Positions 8,478-17,158 of a stretch of DNA of 18,454 nucleotides are shown piece after piece (the stretch's first letter is position 1; the number at the start of each line of letters is the position of its first letter). The translations under genes and the position numbers were made by a program. Where the stretch lies: the UHGV virus genome UHGV-0237303; one strand, written 5' to 3'. Origin of the DNA: a virus. The notes under the pieces are model-generated. The model made no database searches. It was not told where the DNA came from and worked only from the letters and a program-made list of their open reading frames with translations.

Positions 8478-8491
8478 AACGTTTAAGAAAA
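8466..8491. repeat. Right 26-bp invertase crossover site, inverted relative to the left site
   Basis: + strand TTCTCCCAAACC-AA-CGTTTAAGAAAA; reverse complement TTTTCTTAAACG-TT-GGTTTGGGAGAA has inner arm and core identical to the left site; lies about 55 nt upstream of the invertase start. Confidence 0.65.
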
Positions 8492-8546
8492 TGCAGAGAT
8501 TACGGCTAACTGGCATCATCCCCGGTTTTTATTCAGGGGATCCATC

Positions 8547-9146
8547 ATGCTTATTGGCTATGTCCGCGTATCAACAAATGACCAGAATACAGAATTGCAG
8601 CGTAACGCGCTGGAGTGCGCAGGATGTGAACTGATTTTTGAAGATAAAATCAGCGGAACGAAATCAGCCAGACCGGGATTGAAAAAACTGCTCAGAACGC
8701 TATCAGAAGGAGATACGCTGGTTGTCTGGAAGCTGGACAGACTGGGCAGAAGTATGAAACACCTGATCACGCTTATTGAGGAATTGCGGGAAAAAGGTGT
8801 TAATTTCCGTAGTCTGACGGACAGCATTGACACATCAACACCCATGGGGCGTTTCTTTTTTCACGTCATGGGAGCTTTAGCCGAAATGGAACGTGAATTA
8901 ATTGTAGAGCGTACACTGGCCGGGCTGGCAGCAGCACGCGCACAAGGACGCATTGGCGGACGTCGCCCGAAGTTGACAAAAGAACAACACGAGCAAATAG
9001 CGAGGCTGATTAAAAACGGTCATGACAGGAAACAACTGGCGATCATTTACGACATCGGCATATCGACGATTTATCGTTATCACCCTGTAGGCGATATACA
9101 GGCTGAAGAAACAACTAGGCAGACTCAGGAAAATGAAAACCGCTAA
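8547..9146 (+). CDS. Serine recombinase, DNA invertase (Gin/Hin/Pin/Cin family)
   Basis: 199 aa; N-terminal catalytic motif MLIGYVRVSTNDQ with the active-site serine, resolvase/invertase core (GDTLVVWKLDRLGRS), C-terminal helix-turn-helix; adjacent to the invertible segment. Confidence 0.85.
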   Translation: MLIGYVRVSTNDQNTELQRNALECAGCELIFEDKISGTKSARPGLKKLLRTLSEGDTLVVWKLDRLGRSMKHLITLIEELREKGVNFRSLTDSIDTSTPMGRFFFHVMGALAEMERELIVERTLAGLAAARAQGRIGGRRPKLTKEQHEQIARLIKNGHDRKQLAIIYDIGISTIYRYHPVGDIQAEETTRQTQENENR

Positions 9147-9165
9147 TCTGACCATTAGCGGTTTT
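9135..9165. terminator. Bidirectional rho-independent terminator between convergent invertase and U
   Basis: Perfect 12-bp stem AAAACCGCTAAT / ATTAGCGGTTTT with 6-nt loop CTGACC; A/T runs on both sides so it can serve both strands; overlaps the invertase stop codon. Confidence 0.55.
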
Positions 9166-9172
9166 GCGTTAA

Positions 9173-9667
9173 TCAAAACAGCCCTTTAACGGAGCTGGCC
9201 GCGCTGTTAAGGGATGATGTGACCTTATCTTTGAAGCCGGACAGCATATCACTGAACGATGAGGATTGCAGGCGCTCCCGCAAATCCTCATCACAGCGTT
9301 CAAGAGTCAGTGAAAATTCTATCTTTTTCGCCTTACCGTAGCGATCAAACTCGGAGCGGGTCGTATTCGTTCCGGTCAGGACATACATGCCGTAAATCTG
9401 CCCGACACCATCAATCAGAGGCCAGGGGCGTCCTGTATATGCCTGCGTGGTCAGCAACGAAAGCGATACTTCGCCACCTGTAATTTCAGGATAAAGCACA
9501 CCAGAAAGAACGATGCGATCATCGCCTGCCCCGATATACTGCCAGCTTGCTGAACGGTTAACGCGTTCATTTTTCACATGCCGCCAGCTTTTGTTTTGCT
9601 GTAACTGCTGATGCGGCAGCGTGCGCAGCTCAAAAACAAACATGCCGTAGATCATCATCATGGCCAT
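9173..9667 (-). CDS. U: Tail protein (P2 gpU-like)
   Basis: 164 aa (P2 U about 159 aa) immediately downstream of the tape measure gene on the minus strand. Confidence 0.65.
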   Translation of the reverse strand: MAMMMIYGMFVFELRTLPHQQLQQNKSWRHVKNERVNRSASWQYIGAGDDRIVLSGVLYPEITGGEVSLSLLTTQAYTGRPWPLIDGVGQIYGMYVLTGTNTTRSEFDRYGKAKKIEFSLTLERCDEDLRERLQSSSFSDMLSGFKDKVTSSLNSAASSVKGLF

Positions 9668-9673
9668 GACTCC

Positions 9674-12517
9674 TCAATCTTTATCGTAAAAACTGCCACG
9701 CCCGGCACGGGCGCGCCGTTCCATTTCTGCCCTGACCATTTCACCGACCAGTTTCGCCAGTTCGCGGGGATTCTGTGTAACAACGTTATGCAGATGAACA
9801 TGAATTTCACCGCCAAATCCGGAAGCAACAGGCTCCCGGTTACGGGAAGTTGCAGGAACTGATGCCACTGGCGATCGTATGGCCTCTGCCACCGGGCGGG
9901 AGCTGGCCGCAACAACAGGGACCAGCGCCGGAGGCAGCGGAGCCGGAACCACAGGTGTGATATTAATTGCGGGGGCAGGCTTACTGACCTGCGCAATCTT
10001 CCGCTCCTGCCACTCCCCACGAACAGCAAGTGCGCGGGGCAGGTTCTTAAAGACAATATCGCCGGGGCCAATACGTTTTTTCGTCTCATCAACCAGCTTA
10101 CCTGTGTTATCAGCAATTTTGCTGAGTCTGCGTAGCGTACCGGTATTGCTGTCTGTGAGCGGTTTGTTGTCTTTGGGTTTATCACCTCCGGTGCCATTGC
10201 CATTTTCCACAGGCTTCGGCGGATTGATTTTCGCCAGGTCCCCCTGAAGCAAGGCAACCTTGTCCTGAAGAATGGCCGCACGCTGTGCGTCTTCGATTTT
10301 CTTGCGCGCCCTTTCCGCTTCATCCGGAAGCACACCGAGCTTTTCAAGTATCCACGCTAGCGTATCCAGCAACATTTTTGCAGGTGTCAGAACAAGTTGT
10401 AACGCACCGCCAAGAACGTTACCGAATGTCTCGCCAGCACTGGTACATTTATCCAGCGTTTCCTTGCTGGACTCCATCGGTGACAGCAGCGATTTAAACC
10501 AGTTAAACACCTGGCTGATCCCACTCCCGATTGCGTCAAAAACAGGACCAAACCGTTCAAAGGTTTCGCGCAACGGGGTCAGCCTTTCCATAATCCCGCT
10601 GAACACCCCGGCAAAAAATGCCCTGATGGGATCCCAGTATTTCCAGATAAGGACGGCAGCTCCGGCAAGCGCAGCCACGATAAGACCAACCGGACTGAAC
10701 AGCGCCCCGATAGCGCCTCCCAGTAAAGAAACGGAACCCGTCACCATTCCCCACAGTGCTGGCAGGACCCTGACAGCATTCATTGATCCGGTCAGGAGAG
10801 AAAAACCAAGGCGCAGTTTTGCCAGCGGACCAGCAAGCACACCAATAGCCAGCGACAACGAGCCAACCGTTGCAGTCATTGCCAGCAACGCACCGCCTGC
10901 TATCAGTAGCTGGCGCGTCAGTGCCGGATGGGCCTGCGCCAGCGCCGTCACCCTTGATACCACCCGCGTGAGCCACTGCGTGACAGAACGCAGCGGACCG
11001 TCAATCAGATCTGCAATGCGGATGCGCAACCCTTCCCATGCACTGCCGAGTGATTTCAGATCGCCGTCAAGGTTGTTGGCCATGACCTTTGCTGTGCGTT
11101 CAGCCTCACCGCGCGCGCCTTCAAGTTCTTTTCTCAGTTTAGGTAAGGAACCGTCACCCGCTGCATCAACGAGCGCCATAAACGATGTGAAAGCCTCTTC
11201 TCCGGCAATGTCCTTAAAGAACGATACCCGGTCAACTTCCCCGTATTTGCGGGTGGCTTTATAAAGGTCGGCCAGCACATCCTCCATCGGGCGCATTTTG
11301 CCGTTCGCGTCAGAGACTGCCACACCAAGCTCTTTCAGCGCCTCTGCTGCTGCCTTTGGCGGTGATGCCAGACGAGCCAGGCTGGCACGCATTGCCGTCC
11401 CAGCATCACTCCCTCTGATACCCATATTCGCCAGCACGCCCGCCATCGCTGCGGCCTGCTCCAGCGATATTCCCAGCTTACCCGCCACCGGACCTGCATA
11501 TTTCATGGTTTCGCCCAGTGCGCGAAGGTCAGTGTTGGTACGGGTAAATGCTGCGGTGAGCGTGTCGCCAACCCGGTCCATCTGGTCAGCAGAAAGGCCG
11601 AACTGCGTCAGGATATTTGAGCCAATATCCGCCGTCTCGCCGAGATCCATGCCGCCAGCCGTTGCCATGCTCAGCACGCCCGGAAGCGCAGCCTGAATGG
11701 CCTGCGGAGTGAAGCCAGCCATTGCAAGAAATGCCTGCCCACTGGCGGCATCGCCTGCGGTGAACTGCGTTTCAGAGCCAAGTTTTAACGCCTGCTCACG
11801 CAGCGCCTTAAACTGCGGGCTGTTCTGGTCGATTCGCGTCAGTGCCTGAACGCGGGACATCTCTTTGCCGAACCCGATCGCAGGCTGCAAAAAACGCCCG
11901 GCAGCATAGCCGCCAGCCGCTGCCGCACCAATTGCCAGCGCACCACCTGTTTTCAGTTTTCCCGCGGTTTCCTGCACGCGCGAATACCGCTCACGCGCCC
12001 GCGTTACACGCGCAAGCGCCTGCCGTTCGCGTTCAAGCTGGTTGTTGTACTGTTCGGTGCGTCTGATGGCCTGCTGGATGGTGTTATCGCTGCCTGTCAG
12101 GGAAATGCCGTGGCGTTTCAGCTCTCCGCCAAGCTCCCGCATTTTCTGAATTTCCCGTGTGCGCGATTCATTCAGGCGTTCAAGCCGGGTGCTTAACTGC
12201 TGCATCAGCTTTTGTTGTTTTTCGCTGAGCACTGTACCCGTGCGTTGTAACTGATTAAGGGCGTTAAGCTGGCGTCGCGCTTTCACGATACCCGCATCCG
12301 CTTTACTGACAGCGTCGCGGGCGCGCTCAAATGAACGCGCCTGACGCTCGAGATTTTTGATCGCCCCCTGCGTTCGCTGGATGGAGTCACCAAACTGCCC
12401 CATCAGGCGGCGGGCGTTTTCGGCAGGTCGGGTCAGCCTGTCAACGGCGCTGAAAGCGACCCGGATATCAAGAGTCTTCATTGTCTGCATTCCCGCTGCG
12501 AAGTGCCGCCCGCTCAC
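9674..12517 (-). CDS. T: Tail tape measure protein (P2 gpT-like)
   Basis: 947 aa, largest ORF; Ala/Gly/Gln-rich, long helical N-terminal part, hydrophobic Gly/Ala-rich central stretch; GTG start; position after E/E'. Confidence 0.8.
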   Translation of the reverse strand: MSGRHFAAGMQTMKTLDIRVAFSAVDRLTRPAENARRLMGQFGDSIQRTQGAIKNLERQARSFERARDAVSKADAGIVKARRQLNALNQLQRTGTVLSEKQQKLMQQLSTRLERLNESRTREIQKMRELGGELKRHGISLTGSDNTIQQAIRRTEQYNNQLERERQALARVTRARERYSRVQETAGKLKTGGALAIGAAAAGGYAAGRFLQPAIGFGKEMSRVQALTRIDQNSPQFKALREQALKLGSETQFTAGDAASGQAFLAMAGFTPQAIQAALPGVLSMATAGGMDLGETADIGSNILTQFGLSADQMDRVGDTLTAAFTRTNTDLRALGETMKYAGPVAGKLGISLEQAAAMAGVLANMGIRGSDAGTAMRASLARLASPPKAAAEALKELGVAVSDANGKMRPMEDVLADLYKATRKYGEVDRVSFFKDIAGEEAFTSFMALVDAAGDGSLPKLRKELEGARGEAERTAKVMANNLDGDLKSLGSAWEGLRIRIADLIDGPLRSVTQWLTRVVSRVTALAQAHPALTRQLLIAGGALLAMTATVGSLSLAIGVLAGPLAKLRLGFSLLTGSMNAVRVLPALWGMVTGSVSLLGGAIGALFSPVGLIVAALAGAAVLIWKYWDPIRAFFAGVFSGIMERLTPLRETFERFGPVFDAIGSGISQVFNWFKSLLSPMESSKETLDKCTSAGETFGNVLGGALQLVLTPAKMLLDTLAWILEKLGVLPDEAERARKKIEDAQRAAILQDKVALLQGDLAKINPPKPVENGNGTGGDKPKDNKPLTDSNTGTLRRLSKIADNTGKLVDETKKRIGPGDIVFKNLPRALAVRGEWQERKIAQVSKPAPAINITPVVPAPLPPALVPVVAASSRPVAEAIRSPVASVPATSRNREPVASGFGGEIHVHLHNVVTQNPRELAKLVGEMVRAEMERRARAGRGSFYDKD

Positions 12518-12997
12518 GCCAGCTAACCACTTCGCCGGGCGTCATCATGAAGATTTCGGCGGGCGACCAGTTAAAAATAACGGCAATATCTGCCACAAAG
12601 TCTTCTATGTGCTCAAAGCACACAACCGTGATCAGGCTTCCGTCGCCTGTTCGTTCTTCCCGCCAGAGTCCGCACCGCTCAAAAAATTTACGGCAACCAC
12701 ACATAACTGAATAAAGTCACGGGATGCCATTTTTTTGATCGTCACTTCATCCAGTCGCGGTGATGTCACGCGTGACAACAGCGTAAACATGGATTCCGCT
12801 TTCAGATTCAGCACATCAGACAGCGACAAATCTCGCAGAGATCCAGCCTGCTCAATAGCCCCGGTGATCTCCACATACGTGATTTTTTCGCCGCCTCGCT
12901 CAATGGATTGGGTAAGTTTTACGCCACGCTCACTGGTTTCTTTCACAGTGTCAGCAACTACCGTGTTTTCGGTATCGATGTTTTTCGTCTCTTTCAT
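12468..12997 (-). CDS. E+E' fusion product made by programmed -1 ribosomal frameshift
   Basis: Zero frame reads ...AAT TTT TTG (N104 F105 L106); the -1 frame ORF 12468..12704 reads straight through the same heptamer (...KFFERCGLW...); predicted fusion about 170 aa. Confidence 0.6.
12632..12997 (-). CDS. E: Tail assembly chaperone (P2 gpE-like), zero-frame product
   Basis: 121 aa between tail tube and tape measure genes; contains a TTTTTTG slippery heptamer near its 3' end with a -1 frame ORF running on past it. Confidence 0.7.
   Translation of the reverse strand: MKETKNIDTENTVVADTVKETSERGVKLTQSIERGGEKITYVEITGAIEQAGSLRDLSLSDVLNLKAESMFTLLSRVTSPRLDEVTIKKMASRDFIQLCVVAVNFLSGADSGGKNEQATEA
12680..12686 (-). 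other. Slippery heptamer T TTT TTG for the E/E' -1 frameshift
   Basis: Located by codon position from the ORF track (E codons 104-106); same heptamer as reported for P2 E/E+E' (recalled from memory). Confidence 0.6.
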
Positions 12998-13051
12998 CAG
13001 GAAACTCCTTTCAGTCAGAGGCGACGCACTGCGCCGCCTGCATATTACTTA

Positions 13052-13564
13052 TCAGCCAAGCCCAAGCGCGGAACGGATGCGATCGGGCACAATGTCCTTG
13101 CCGTCCTTCCGGTAAATGAAGTTCAGCAGGTCAATCTCCCACAACGGACGATCGTTAACACTCAGCTTGTAGTAGGTGTTTTTAATGGCGTAAGTGTGTG
13201 ATGTGGCTTCGCCCTGTTTGGCTTCCCCCATATCAATTTCCGTCACACGTCCGCGCATTTCGACTTCATACAGGTCGCTTTCTGCATCGGTGTAGTATTC
13301 ACCCGCAAAACGCAGCAGCGTGCCGTCAATCGTGCCGCCATACTTAAGGAACAGCTCACGAACTGCGCCCCCCATGACAAAGCTCGCATCAAGCGCGGAG
13401 TCGTCCAGACCGAGATCAATACTTACCGCCCCCATCATGCCACCACCCCGGTAGCTGTCGGTTTTGCGCGTCAGCTTAGGCAAAGTGACGGACGTCACCT
13501 TACCCACTTCGTTTTCACCATCCACAAACAGCGTAAAAAAGCGAAGATGTTTTGGCACAGCCAT
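13052..13564 (-). CDS. FII: Tail tube protein (P2 gpFII-like)
   Basis: 170 aa (P2 FII about 172 aa) directly downstream of the sheath gene; start overlaps the sheath stop. Confidence 0.8.
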   Translation of the reverse strand: MAVPKHLRFFTLFVDGENEVGKVTSVTLPKLTRKTDSYRGGGMMGAVSIDLGLDDSALDASFVMGGAVRELFLKYGGTIDGTLLRFAGEYYTDAESDLYEVEMRGRVTEIDMGEAKQGEATSHTYAIKNTYYKLSVNDRPLWEIDLLNFIYRKDGKDIVPDRIRSALGLG

Positions 13565-14748
13565 CAGGCACCTCCCAGCACCGCAAATGCGGGTTCAAAG
13601 TATTCATCAGTAAACGTCTGGTAAAGCTCCATGTCTTCCAGTGGCGGAACGGGCGTATATTTGTAGCGAATACGCACACGCCCCTGACGTAAATCCGTGG
13701 TGCTGTTATCCACCACGTCATACCAGCACTCCGCGCCAATCAGTTTCCCGGCAGTCACCAGTGAATCCAGTTTTGCCCTGATGGCACTGATAACATCCTT
13801 CACGTTCGCAGGCGTCAGTGGACTGTCGATGGTTTCAAACTGCGCTTCCGCAATTGAATCAGCCAGCACCTGTGCGGTTCGGGTATACACCTCAAAAATG
13901 TAGGCGTTCGTTTCCGGTGTGCGGTTGCCCCAGAAGCGGAACCCGTTGCGACGAATAATGGTCGTGATTTCTTTGTTGTTGAGGCTGTTGGCATCGCTGT
14001 CTTCGGCCTGCAACGACCAGAACACATGCCTCGACATCCCCAGCACATTTTTAACCGGAACGTTGGACAGCGATTTGTGCCAGCCCTGCTCATGGTCAAT
14101 GTACGCACGAAGGCCGCACGCATAAGCAGGCGCGGGGAACGTTTCGTTTTCGCCACTTTTCGGGTTGTAGGCGATGAAGTCCGGCCATAAGAGCATCACT
14201 TCACGTTCGTTGAATTTCTGGCGGTAGGTAATCGCTTCAGCCATCGTGTTACAGCCGTGACATGAGGCATACACAAATGCGCGCAGTTTACCCGCAATCA
14301 CGCACAGGGATTTTGTCACCGCCTCCGTGTCCAGCTCCGGCGCGGCCAGAATACGCGGACGGTATCCGATGCTTTCATCCTGCTCTGCAACAAGCAGCGC
14401 ATACATCCCCGTATAGCTGCCGTCATCCTCAGAACCACCGATAACCAGTTGATCCTGCGTCTTTTCGTCTTCTTCTTTGTGTTCAGCCACGCGAACGACG
14501 ATCACCTTTGTGCTCACCTGGTCTGCGATGGCCTTAAGCGCACGATAAAGCGTCCCCGTTGTTCCGCATTTTCCCAGCACGTCATTGACGCGGGTCAGCA
14601 GTGTGGGCTTGTTCAGCGGGAACAGCTTCGCGTCCGCATCATCCGCCGTTGCCACGATACCGATAACGCTGGAATCAACATCGTTAATCGCTGTTACCAG
14701 GTCGGTATTTTCCGTAACACGGGCACCATGAAAACGAGTTTCACTCAT
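13564..14748 (-). CDS. FI: Contractile tail sheath protein (P2 gpFI-like)
   Basis: 394 aa (P2 FI about 396 aa); AAGGGG Shine-Dalgarno upstream of the ATG; first gene of the minus-strand FI-FII-E-T-U block. Confidence 0.85.
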   Translation of the reverse strand: MSETRFHGARVTENTDLVTAINDVDSSVIGIVATADDADAKLFPLNKPTLLTRVNDVLGKCGTTGTLYRALKAIADQVSTKVIVVRVAEHKEEDEKTQDQLVIGGSEDDGSYTGMYALLVAEQDESIGYRPRILAAPELDTEAVTKSLCVIAGKLRAFVYASCHGCNTMAEAITYRQKFNEREVMLLWPDFIAYNPKSGENETFPAPAYACGLRAYIDHEQGWHKSLSNVPVKNVLGMSRHVFWSLQAEDSDANSLNNKEITTIIRRNGFRFWGNRTPETNAYIFEVYTRTAQVLADSIAEAQFETIDSPLTPANVKDVISAIRAKLDSLVTAGKLIGAECWYDVVDNSTTDLRQGRVRIRYKYTPVPPLEDMELYQTFTDEYFEPAFAVLGGA

Positions 14749-14904
14749 AGCTTCAGCCCCTTGTATCCGTTAAATGATTCGGCAACAATCATCACCCACC
14801 ACGCGCGTAATCTCACCCCTGCGCCGTTCTCCCGCCACGGCGACAACAAAAAGCAGTAACCCCCTCCGCACGCACATGCGACCATGCCACACAGGGAGGG
14901 AGCA

Positions 14905-16015
14905 GATGACCGACACCACCATGCAATTGCTCAGTCAGGGCACAGACCCCGTGAAAATGCCGGATTTTGATATTCTCGCGGAGGGTAAAACGCTGTCAGG
15001 CGTGGCAGAGCGCCTGATGAGCCTGTCACTGACCGACAACCGGGGATTTGAAGCGGACCAGCTCACCATCACGCTGGATGATGCGGATGGTCAGTTGCAG
15101 CTACCGCCACGGGGCGCGCGCCTGACGGTTCTCATTGGCTGGAAAGGAGAACCGCTGACAGAAAAAGGCACTTACATTGTTGATGAAATCGCTCACGAAG
15201 GACCGCCGGACAGGCTGACTGTTTCAGCCAGAAGCGCAGATTTTCGGGATGAATTTAACGTTAAACGTGAGGTGTCCTGGCATGATGTGACCGTTGAGCG
15301 TGTGGTATCCGCCATCGCTCATCGGTACGGTCTGAAACCGCAAATCAGCGAAATGCTGATGGATATCGAAATCGACCACGCCGACCAGACCGAAGAAAGC
15401 GACATGTCCTTCCTTACGCGCATGGCGGAAATGCTGGGCGCAATCACCACGGTAAAAAGCGGCAATCTGTTATTCATCATGCCAGGTGGTGGCGTGAACG
15501 CACAGGGCCAGCCGTTGCCCTCGTTCGCCATTACACGCAGCAGTGGCGATCGCCATCAGTTCCGCATTGCTGACCGCGAGGCGTATACGGGTGTACGCGC
15601 CTACTGGCTTGATCTTAATTACGGGAAAAAGAAAAAAGTCAGCGTGAAACGCCGCAAACCGCCAAAACCCAAAAAGGAGAAAAGCAGCAGCCGTGAAGGT
15701 GATTATATGGAAGGCGCGGAAGGCAATGTGTTTGTGTTACGCAAGACTTATCAGAACGAGCAGGCAGCAAGACGCGCAGCGGCGGCAAAGTGGCAGCAGC
15801 TACAACGCGGAGCCGCATCATTCTCCATCATGCTGGCACGCGGACGCGCAGAACTCTACCCCGAAATGCATGGCACGGTAACAGGCTTTAAAAGCGAGAT
15901 TGATAATCAGGACTGGATTATTGCAAAAGCCGAGCACACCATTGATAACAGCGGCTTTACCACACAGCTTGAGCTTGAGGCAAAAATCCCGGAATGGATA
16001 GCAGAAACAGAGTGA
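14905..16015 (+). CDS. D: Late control / tail protein D (P2 gpD-like)
   Basis: ATG at 14905 with GGGAGGG Shine-Dalgarno (internal Met of track ORF 14774..16015); 370 aa (P2 D about 387 aa); lysine-rich central linker (KKKKVSVKRRKPPKPKKEK). Confidence 0.7.
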
Positions 16016-16083
16016 GCAACTTAGACATATTAGCTCAGACTTAAACTGGCAAGTTTACAGTATAGAATTAAACATAAACGACG

Positions 16084-16107
16084 GTCCGCTCCGTGTCAGA
16101 AGCGGAC
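16084..16107. terminator. Candidate hairpin terminator between convergent D and the 340-aa orphan gene
   Basis: 7-bp GC-rich stem GTCCGCT / AGCGGAC with a 10-nt loop; T-rich tract follows on the minus strand. Weak (large loop). Confidence 0.3.
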
Positions 16108-16135
16108 TTTGTCATCCCTATGTAAGGTTGATTGC

Positions 16136-17158
16136 TTAATACGCATTTAATTTAAATTTGTATTTGCCTTCTATGTAATGGATAAATTCAATTATGCTTT
16201 TTTCTATCGCATCTAATATATGAATATATCCATCCCGATTTAAGGTCCTATCCAACTCAAAGTGATGAACTATCCCATGTCTATATTGTATGATTTCAGA
16301 AATTCGATTCTCAAGAAAATCAACTGATTTTCCAATTCTTTTTTTCTTATAAAGAATCGCTCTCACATCTATATCCAGCCACTCTTTATATGCTTTGTTT
16401 AGGTGAGTTAAGTTTTGAAAAGTGTAATTTCTTGCAATAACACTTTCTATTGAAATATTTCCTTTCTCTATCTCAAGCAGAATATCAAAATCAACTTTTT
16501 GCTTATACGATGTTCTTTTTGCTATTGCGAAAGGATCGTACTTTATAAGTATTTGAAAAGCTCTAGAGAAAAAATATTCAAACATAGCAACCGCAAAAGG
16601 TACTAATCCATTATATATAACTCTACTGGGATCCATACATTGCATGTAATCAAAGTATTCGGATAAGCCGCCATCTTCCGGTAGGTTTAATTTAATAGAA
16701 GGTTCAGGTAAGGCATGTTTAACAGCGGAAATCTCATGATGGACATGATTAAATATTGAAGAAATGCCGCGACTGATCGGACTACTAGAATCCTTCCATA
16801 GAGGAGCGTACCTATTTTTCCCATAATCACCTATAAGTGTTCCACCAAAAAGACTCCTTGCGCCTTTTAGAACATCATTAAGCATTTTTACATCATGCCA
16901 ACTAGCGCTATATAAATTACGCACATGCAATGCCCATTTATTACCAGATATGTGTAGTTCGTCATTTGAAACAGGATATATATCAGCCGAAACTCCATCT
17001 GTAGATTTGAAGTCCGTATCATCAAACCAAGAGTAATTCAACGTTCCTTGGGGCCATTCCCACAAATGTTTACACCTTTTAAAACCTAAATTTTCAAGGT
17101 AATTTTTAAGTTCGTTTCTAGTTGCTTTTTTAGGGTACAGCGTTATATCTCTTCCCAT
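16136..17158 (-). CDS. Hypothetical 340-aa protein on AT-rich acquired DNA; candidate accessory/defence protein (possible HEPN-like R-x4-H motif)
   Basis: Single long minus-strand ORF with AT-rich, Ile/Lys/Asn/Tyr-rich codon usage unlike the flanking phage genes; AGGTGA Shine-Dalgarno about 8 nt upstream of the ATG; no resemblance to any P2 structural protein I can recognise; C-terminal YRHGIVHH. Confidence 0.6.
   Translation of the reverse strand: MGRDITLYPKKATRNELKNYLENLGFKRCKHLWEWPQGTLNYSWFDDTDFKSTDGVSADIYPVSNDELHISGNKWALHVRNLYSASWHDVKMLNDVLKGARSLFGGTLIGDYGKNRYAPLWKDSSSPISRGISSIFNHVHHEISAVKHALPEPSIKLNLPEDGGLSEYFDYMQCMDPSRVIYNGLVPFAVAMFEYFFSRAFQILIKYDPFAIAKRTSYKQKVDFDILLEIEKGNISIESVIARNYTFQNLTHLNKAYKEWLDIDVRAILYKKKRIGKSVDFLENRISEIIQYRHGIVHHFELDRTLNRDGYIHILDAIEKSIIEFIHYIEGKYKFKLNAY

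Noticed and set aside
8480-8519. N-terminal extension (MMPVSRNLCIFLNV) of track ORF 8022..8519
   Set aside because: This stretch is the outer arm of the right crossover site plus intergenic DNA; the frame is merely open. The cassette is expressed as a fusion to H after inversion, not from this Met.
8347-8634. 95-aa + strand ORF spanning the right crossover site into the invertase start
   Set aside because: Different frame from the invertase, antisense to the alternative fiber cassette, no independent support.
9147-9172. GGTTTTG...CAAAAC palindrome resembling hix half-site cores at the invertase/U junction, considered as a breakpoint site for the FETU inversion
   Set aside because: The arms face outward (wrong geometry for a 12-2-12 crossover site) and there is no matching partner at the FI/D junction; better explained as part of the terminator region.
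9658-10347. 229-aa minus-strand ORF overlapping the 3' end of T in another frame
   Set aside because: Alternative-frame artefact (Arg-rich, spans the T/U junction without its own translation signals); T and U fully account for the coding capacity.
10272-11264. 330-aa + strand ORF (and 9879..10247, 11298..11696) inside the tape measure gene
   Set aside because: Antisense shadow ORFs of a GC-rich gene: Ala/Ser/Pro-rich low-complexity translation, no Shine-Dalgarno, fully contained within the 947-aa T gene, which has a coherent operon context.
14827-14852. TTCTCCCGCCAC, partial match to the crossover-site arm TTCTCCCAAACC, at the FI/D junction
   Set aside because: Only 7-8 of 12 positions match, the putative core is GG rather than TT/AA, and the opposite arm does not match; likely coincidence.
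14774-14904. Upstream extension of the D ORF (track start at 14774)
   Set aside because: The extension is Pro/Arg/Ser-rich, lies in the divergent intergenic region and would overlap the FI promoter; ATG at 14905 has a strong GGGAGGG Shine-Dalgarno.
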